Origin: a virus | Lineage: Duplodnaviria; Caudoviricetes | DNA length: 30,862 bases | Strand: one strand, 5' to 3' | Virus record (IMG/VR): IMGVR_UViG_3300034066_001046 | Location: 1 to 30,862 of that record | Shown here: positions 27,171-30,862 of the stretch, in pieces | Numbering within the stretch: the first letter of the stretch is position 1 | Layout: each line of letters begins with the position of its first letter | Translations under genes and position numbers: made by a program | Notes under the pieces: generated by a model | Seen by the model: only the letters and a program-made list of their open reading frames with translations | The model's database searches: none | Told to the model about the DNA's origin: nothing

Positions 27171-28337
27171 GTGTCGCTCCTTCTCCTGCTCACGCACACC
27201 GACGGGTTGCTCCTCTCGATCTGGCAGGGCTCGACGATCGTCGCGCAACGCTGGGTTCGGACGGCGCAACTCACGGCCAGCGACCAGACGTTCACGTTTG
27301 CGCTGACGGCCGGCGAGCGGGCGCTGATTGCCGACGTGGACGCGCTCACGCTGTCGGGCGCGTGGTGGGGGACGACGGCGGCCAGCAGCGCGGACTGGGA
27401 CGCGGCTGCCCTTGAGGTCATCGGGTCGAGCGGGAACGTCCTGAGCGCCACGCTTTCCGTCGTGGCGCGCAAGACGGCCACCGGCGGGGTGACGTACACC
27501 GTCACGCTGACCGCCGCCGTCAGCGGAGTGGGCGGGCTGGTGCGCCGCCTGTCGCGGAGTTTCGCGGGGAGCGCGACGCCGGCCGGCGCCATTGCACGGC
27601 AGACGTCACGGACGATCGCCGCGTCGAGCACGGCGACCGGCGCGCTGACGGTCATCCGCACGTTCGTGAGGTCGCTCACCGCCTCGCTCGCCGCCGCCGG
27701 CGCGCTCACGCGGTCCCTCACGAAGCCGCTCGCCGGAAGCATGGCCGCAACGGGCGCGCTGACGCGTCGGCTCACCCGCGCGCTCGCCGGGAGCGTGACC
27801 GCCGTCGGCACGCTGTCGGAGCGACTCAGTCGGACGCTGGCGGCGGCCGTGACGGCCGCGGGCGCGCTGACGGCCACGAAGGTGGCCCTCCGCTCGTTCG
27901 CGGCGTCGGCGACTGCCGCGGGCGCGCTCACGCGAGAGGTCGGCAAGCCGCTCGCCTCGGCGTCGGCCGCCGCCGGTGCGATCCTCAAGGCCTCGTCCCG
28001 CGTGCTCGCGGGCAGTCTCACCGCCGCCGGATCGCTCGCCGACCGGCTGGCGCGCACGTTCGCCGCGTCGGTCGCGCCGACGGGGACCGTGGGCCGACAG
28101 CTCCGGCGCGCGCTCGCGGCCAGCGTGTCGGCCGTGGCTGCGCTCGCCGCCGCCGTCGGGAGCGTCGGGCCGGGGCTGATCCAGGCGGCGCTCACATGGA
28201 CGGCGCGGCTCTTGGGCGACGTCACCAGCGTCGCGCGCTACACCGGCGACACGACCTCCCAGCCGCGGCACACCAGCGACGTCACCCAGCAGACGCGGCA
28301 CACCGCGGACATCACCTACCGGAGCAACGATGGCTGA
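27171..28337 (+). CDS. Repeat-rich fibre protein (candidate ruler/scaffold)
   Basis: 388 aa: N-terminal partial domain, twelve 18/20-aa repeats and four 10-aa repeats. Confidence 0.75.
   Translation: MSLLLLLTHTDGLLLSIWQGSTIVAQRWVRTAQLTASDQTFTFALTAGERALIADVDALTLSGAWWGTTAASSADWDAAALEVIGSSGNVLSATLSVVARKTATGGVTYTVTLTAAVSGVGGLVRRLSRSFAGSATPAGAIARQTSRTIAASSTATGALTVIRTFVRSLTASLAAAGALTRSLTKPLAGSMAATGALTRRLTRALAGSVTAVGTLSERLSRTLAAAVTAAGALTATKVALRSFAASATAAGALTREVGKPLASASAAAGAILKASSRVLAGSLTAAGSLADRLARTFAASVAPTGTVGRQLRRALAASVSAVAALAAAVGSVGPGLIQAALTWTARLLGDVTSVARYTGDTTSQPRHTSDVTQQTRHTADITYRSNDG
27507..28166 (+). repeat. Twelve 18/20-aa protein repeats (consensus LAGSxTAAGALxRxLxRx)
   Basis: Repeats aligned by hand; lengths 18,18,20,18,18,18,20,18,18,18,18,18, the last one degenerate. 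Confidence 0.85.
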
Positions 28338-28695
28338 CAATCTCGACGACGAGCTGTTCCCCCATAACGACGATACCATCGTTGTGCGGCCAGTCGTGTT
28401 TCGTGCGAACCCCTCCACTGGGGTCGAGGAGACGATCCCGCTCACCGGCCGTACCGACGGCGTGGCGTTCCTCTCCACGACCGAGGACATCAGCACCGCC
28501 ACCGCGCTCTCTGGGTGCTCGATCTCGCTCGTCGAGATCGGGAGCACCGGGGTGTACACTGGCGTGATGGAAGGCAGCAACAAGGCCACGGCCCTGACGG
28601 CGACGCCCGACAACACGATTGTGTACCGCCACTTCCAGTTCGGCAGCGACTACCGCCGGGTCGTGTCGGTGATCTTCCGCAAGCGGCGCGTCTGA
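28330..28695 (+). CDS. Ig-like structural protein
   Basis: 121 aa, alternating beta pattern, LVEIGSTGVYTG motif. Confidence 0.6.
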   Translation: MADNLDDELFPHNDDTIVVRPVVFRANPSTGVEETIPLTGRTDGVAFLSTTEDISTATALSGCSISLVEIGSTGVYTGVMEGSNKATALTATPDNTIVYRHFQFGSDYRRVVSVIFRKRRV

Positions 28696-28985
28696 TGGAC
28701 AGCCGCGAAGTGCTGCTCACCGGCGACCGGCTGACGCTCACGGTCGACTGTCCCGCCCCGGTCACGCGCGGCAGCGTGGACGTGTGCCTCTCCACGACGC
28801 GTGGCGGGCCACCGGTACACCCGACGCTGGCGCGCGCGTTGCTCGTGACCGACGGGACGATTCCGGCGCTCTCGCTGTTCACGAAGGATGTGCGGGCGAC
28901 GTTTCCGCGGGGCGCGCGGGTGTGGCTGGTGGTGCGGTATGGGGGGCAGCTGCTGGCGAGCGGCGAGGTACGGGTGGTGGTATGA
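28695..28985 (+). CDS. Ig-like / BppU-like protein (96 aa)
   Basis: TGATG coupling; TGDRLTLTV start and LLASGEVRVV end typical of BppU-like domains; shares LSTT with the previous gene. Confidence 0.55.
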   Translation: MDSREVLLTGDRLTLTVDCPAPVTRGSVDVCLSTTRGGPPVHPTLARALLVTDGTIPALSLFTKDVRATFPRGARVWLVVRYGGQLLASGEVRVVV

Positions 28986-28987
28986 TC

Positions 28988-29120
28988 TGCATGAAAATCC
29001 GCCCATTTTATGCACGGGCTATGAACGTGCATAGATGACGCGGCGCTGACGCCGCCCCGTACCCTGCGGCATGATCTACGTCCTCTGCCGGGATGCGCGC
29101 CAGGCGTATGCGCTGGCGCG
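28988..29120. terminator. Cluster of inverted repeats between convergent transcription units
   Basis: IRs at 28988-29014, 29009-29033 (perfect 8 bp), 29040-29055 (6 bp) and 29096-29120 (8 bp). No classic U-tract. Confidence 0.4.
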
Positions 29121-29134
29121 GGTGTGGGTGGCGA

Positions 29135-29407
29135 TTACGGCTCCACCGCCTTGACCTGCCACCCTTTCGATCCGAGATGCTCGGCGTACTGGCGATTCGC
29201 GAACATCGGAATGATCAGGATGCCGAGCCAGTGCAAGACGCTCCCGGTAACGACGGCCAGCACGACCCAGAGCAGTCCGATGCCCCACATTCCTTTGTAC
29301 AGGTACCAGAAGGCGCCGAAGAAGAAGCACGGCCATGACCAGCCCTGGTAAATGTCGTTGGTGAGCCCCGTGTTGGGTTGCACCATTGTGCCGACTTTGA
29401 CTCCCAT
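29135..29407 (-). CDS. DUF2628-like membrane protein
   Basis: GWSWPCFFFGAFWYLYKGMW...FANRQY..HL..KGW; SD AAGGAG upstream of the ATG at 29407. Confidence 0.8.
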   Translation of the reverse strand: MGVKVGTMVQPNTGLTNDIYQGWSWPCFFFGAFWYLYKGMWGIGLLWVVLAVVTGSVLHWLGILIIPMFANRQYAEHLGSKGWQVKAVEP

Positions 29408-29482
29408 TCCCTGCACTCCTTGCCGGATTTCCGACGGTGATGAAGTGGTGGTGATGCGCAAAGCCGGTCTGCGAAGCTCAAC

Positions 29483-29779
29483 CTAGAACCCGTGTTCGCA
29501 GACCGACCGTTCTTCCGCACGCCAGTGCTGCGCGCCGGCCGTGTCCCTCGCAGAGATCATCGTCGCCACGACAACGCCCGCATAGAAGCACCCGCGCGAC
29601 TTGTCCTTGATCGCCTTGGCGGTCTCGTAGTCGCCGATGGCCTTGGCGACGGCTGGAGGGATGGTTGACTTGGTGTCGATCGGCGACGTGCCCCAGAGAT
29701 ACAGTGCCGGGGCCGCAATGACGACCATCGCGAGCGCGATGCGCTTCTGTGTGTTGCTCTGCCAGCCCGGGTGTGCCAT
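29483..29779 (-). CDS. Membrane-anchored protein with a small helical two-Cys domain
   Basis: 98 aa; SD AAGGAG; TM helix, then AIGDYETAK...CFYAGVV...W...E...C. Confidence 0.72.
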   Translation of the reverse strand: MAHPGWQSNTQKRIALAMVVIAAPALYLWGTSPIDTKSTIPPAVAKAIGDYETAKAIKDKSRGCFYAGVVVATMISARDTAGAQHWRAEERSVCEHGF

Positions 29780-29931
29780 TGCCTCTCCTTGCCGCCTCGC
29801 GGCCAAACGTGAAACACTACCACCGGCCGTCGGCCGCTGGCGTTCGCTCTGCGAGCTGGCAACCTCTGTCGCGTGTCAGAGCTTCGGAGTATGTTCGGGA
29901 ACGGTTATTCGCCGCCCACTACTGAACTGCA

Positions 29932-30189
29932 ATGGAACCTTACGTCTACGACGTGCACGTCGAACTGCTGCACCCGGTGCGGGCGAAGCCTGGTGACCGG
30001 CTGATTGTCCGACCGGGTCACGAGCGGCCGATGGTGGTGGTGCGCCGCGTCGGAGATGGCTGGCGCGGTGTGCGTGTCGGCCCGCCCAACTACGGCGCGG
30101 TCATCGGCCTTTGCGACGACGGCGCCCTGACGCAGATACATCCGCTGTACCTGCCGCTGTCGGCTGATCCGGCTGTTCGAGTAGGGTAA
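29932..30189 (+). CDS. Hypothetical protein convergent with the repressor
   Basis: 85 aa, protein-like beta composition; TATGTT -10-like hexamer at 29890; overlaps the repressor 3' end by 89 nt. Confidence 0.55.
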   Translation: MEPYVYDVHVELLHPVRAKPGDRLIVRPGHERPMVVVRRVGDGWRGVRVGPPNYGAVIGLCDDGALTQIHPLYLPLSADPAVRVG

Positions 30190-30523
30190 CGTCGTCCGCC
30201 GCGACAACCGACTCGGCAACCACTGCGGACATCCTCAGGCGCTGAGCGACCCGCTCCAGCCGCTCTTGCCCTTGCCGGATCAGCCTGAGCGCCTGTTCAG
30301 CCTCTTCCGCTAAGTCCGGTTGGGTTACGCGCCCCCCGAGGGCATTCGCCAGCTCCTCGGCGAACCGGGGGGCTTTCGTGTGCCCTTCCGCAAACAGCCG
30401 GATCGCCTCATCCGACGGCTTGCCGCCCAACAGCCTCGACAAAGCCGGGTAGGCCCCCTCGCCGTGTTTTGCCTTGTAGGCAAGCAGGTCAGAACGGAGT
30501 GCAGAAAAGTCTGGGGTTGACAT
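30101..30523 (-). CDS. CI-like HTH (XRE) repressor without a peptidase domain
   Basis: YPALSRLLGGKPSDEAIRLFAEGHTKAPRFAEELANALG resembles a lambdoid repressor HTH; followed by a coiled coil and a disordered tail; no SD before the ATG at 30523. Confidence 0.68.
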   Translation of the reverse strand: MSTPDFSALRSDLLAYKAKHGEGAYPALSRLLGGKPSDEAIRLFAEGHTKAPRFAEELANALGGRVTQPDLAEEAEQALRLIRQGQERLERVAQRLRMSAVVAESVVAADDVTLLEQPDQPTAAGTADVSASGRRRRKGR

Positions 30524-30545
30524 TACCAAGGTTTGGCGCCAATGT
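30517..30545 (+). promoter_or_regulatory. Rightward early promoter (PR-like)
   Basis: Perfect TTGACA 30517-30522, 17 bp spacer, CAATGT 30540-30545. Confidence 0.7.
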
Positions 30546-30549
30546 TTGG
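30526..30549. promoter_or_regulatory. Tandem palindromic operators CCAA-N3-TTGG
   Basis: CCAAGGTTTGG 30526-30536 and CCAATGTTTGG 30539-30549, 13-bp period, overlapping the promoter spacer and -10. Confidence 0.72.
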
Positions 30550-30588
30550 CTGTGGTTACGACACTACAACACACGAACCCCGAAGATC

Positions 30589-30801
30589 ATGCCCCGACCC
30601 GTCAAGCGCCAGCCTCGCCCGATCAGCCGCACGGTGCTGTCCGTCTCCATCCCGATCAAGCCGGATTGGGCCGATGCCAGCCGCGCCGCGGGAATGGTCG
30701 GTCAGTCGCTGTCTGCCTTCACCCGTGACGCCGTCGCCGAACGCGCCGCTCGGGTCTTTGCTGGCGAGGTGCCGTCCTCGCCGCTCAAGGCGACGGGCTG
30801 A
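30589..30801 (+). CDS. Ribbon-helix-helix DNA-binding protein in the cro position
   Basis: 70 aa; beta strand VLSVSI, then helices ending AAGMVGQSLSAFTRDAVAERA (CopG/DUF1778-like). Confidence 0.7.
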   Translation: MPRPVKRQPRPISRTVLSVSIPIKPDWADASRAAGMVGQSLSAFTRDAVAERAARVFAGEVPSSPLKATG

Positions 30802-30862
30802 CCTGGTGGTGGTCGCGCCCTGCGACCGCTGGAGGACCCTCTCGTGATTTCCATGTGAGGGA

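Larger units (their letters stand above)
1..30862. mobile_element. Temperate siphophage/prophage segment (morphogenesis, lysis, accessory and immunity regions)
   Basis: Canonical head-neck-tail gene order, long tape measure, no sheath gene, lysis cassette and a divergent repressor switch. No integrase or att site seen, so prophage versus free phage is unresolved. Confidence 0.93.

Noticed and set aside
25066-27200. CACACC hexamer near both edges of the putative inserted cassette as a target-site duplication or excision site
   Set aside because: Only 6 bp, the two copies are in different reading phases so deletion would not restore an in-frame fusion, and no recombinase is present.
13035-28985. 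Diversity-generating retroelement or invertible shufflon acting on fibre genes
   Set aside because: No reverse transcriptase or invertase, no near-identical TR/VR pair differing at adenines seen, and all genes lie on one strand.
1-30862. CRISPR array, tRNA, rRNA, integrase or att site
   Set aside because: No regularly spaced repeats, cloverleaf or recombinase motifs were seen by eye; a tRNAscan/Infernal run would be needed to exclude them fully.

Overview
High-GC temperate siphophage/prophage segment. Left to right on the + strand: DUF4055-type portal, head morphogenesis protein, scaffold, P22 gp5-like major capsid, four head-tail joining genes, tail tube, tail assembly chaperone with a -1 frameshift, a 1317-aa tape measure, a Tal-like hub/adhesin followed (unusually) by a Dit-like gene, a LamG-like protein and a fibre chaperone. 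A second transcription unit carries lysis genes (holin, CHAP endolysin, small membrane proteins), an ECF sigma factor and a separate ~7 kb, 11-gene fibre/appendage module (tail-collar-like subunit, lectin-like domains, beta-propeller, 18-aa-repeat protein, two Ig-like proteins). The window ends with two leftward membrane-protein genes and a divergent HTH repressor / ribbon-helix-helix switch with tandem operators. Best leads: (1) the second appendage module with a possible ruler protein and an apparently split domain; (2) an identical palindrome CGGGGGCC-N5-GGTCCCCG heading two aligned late promoters; (3) an ECF sigma factor translationally coupled inside the lysis operon. Family names come from motif recognition by eye, not from searches. 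The host cannot be determined from this window.
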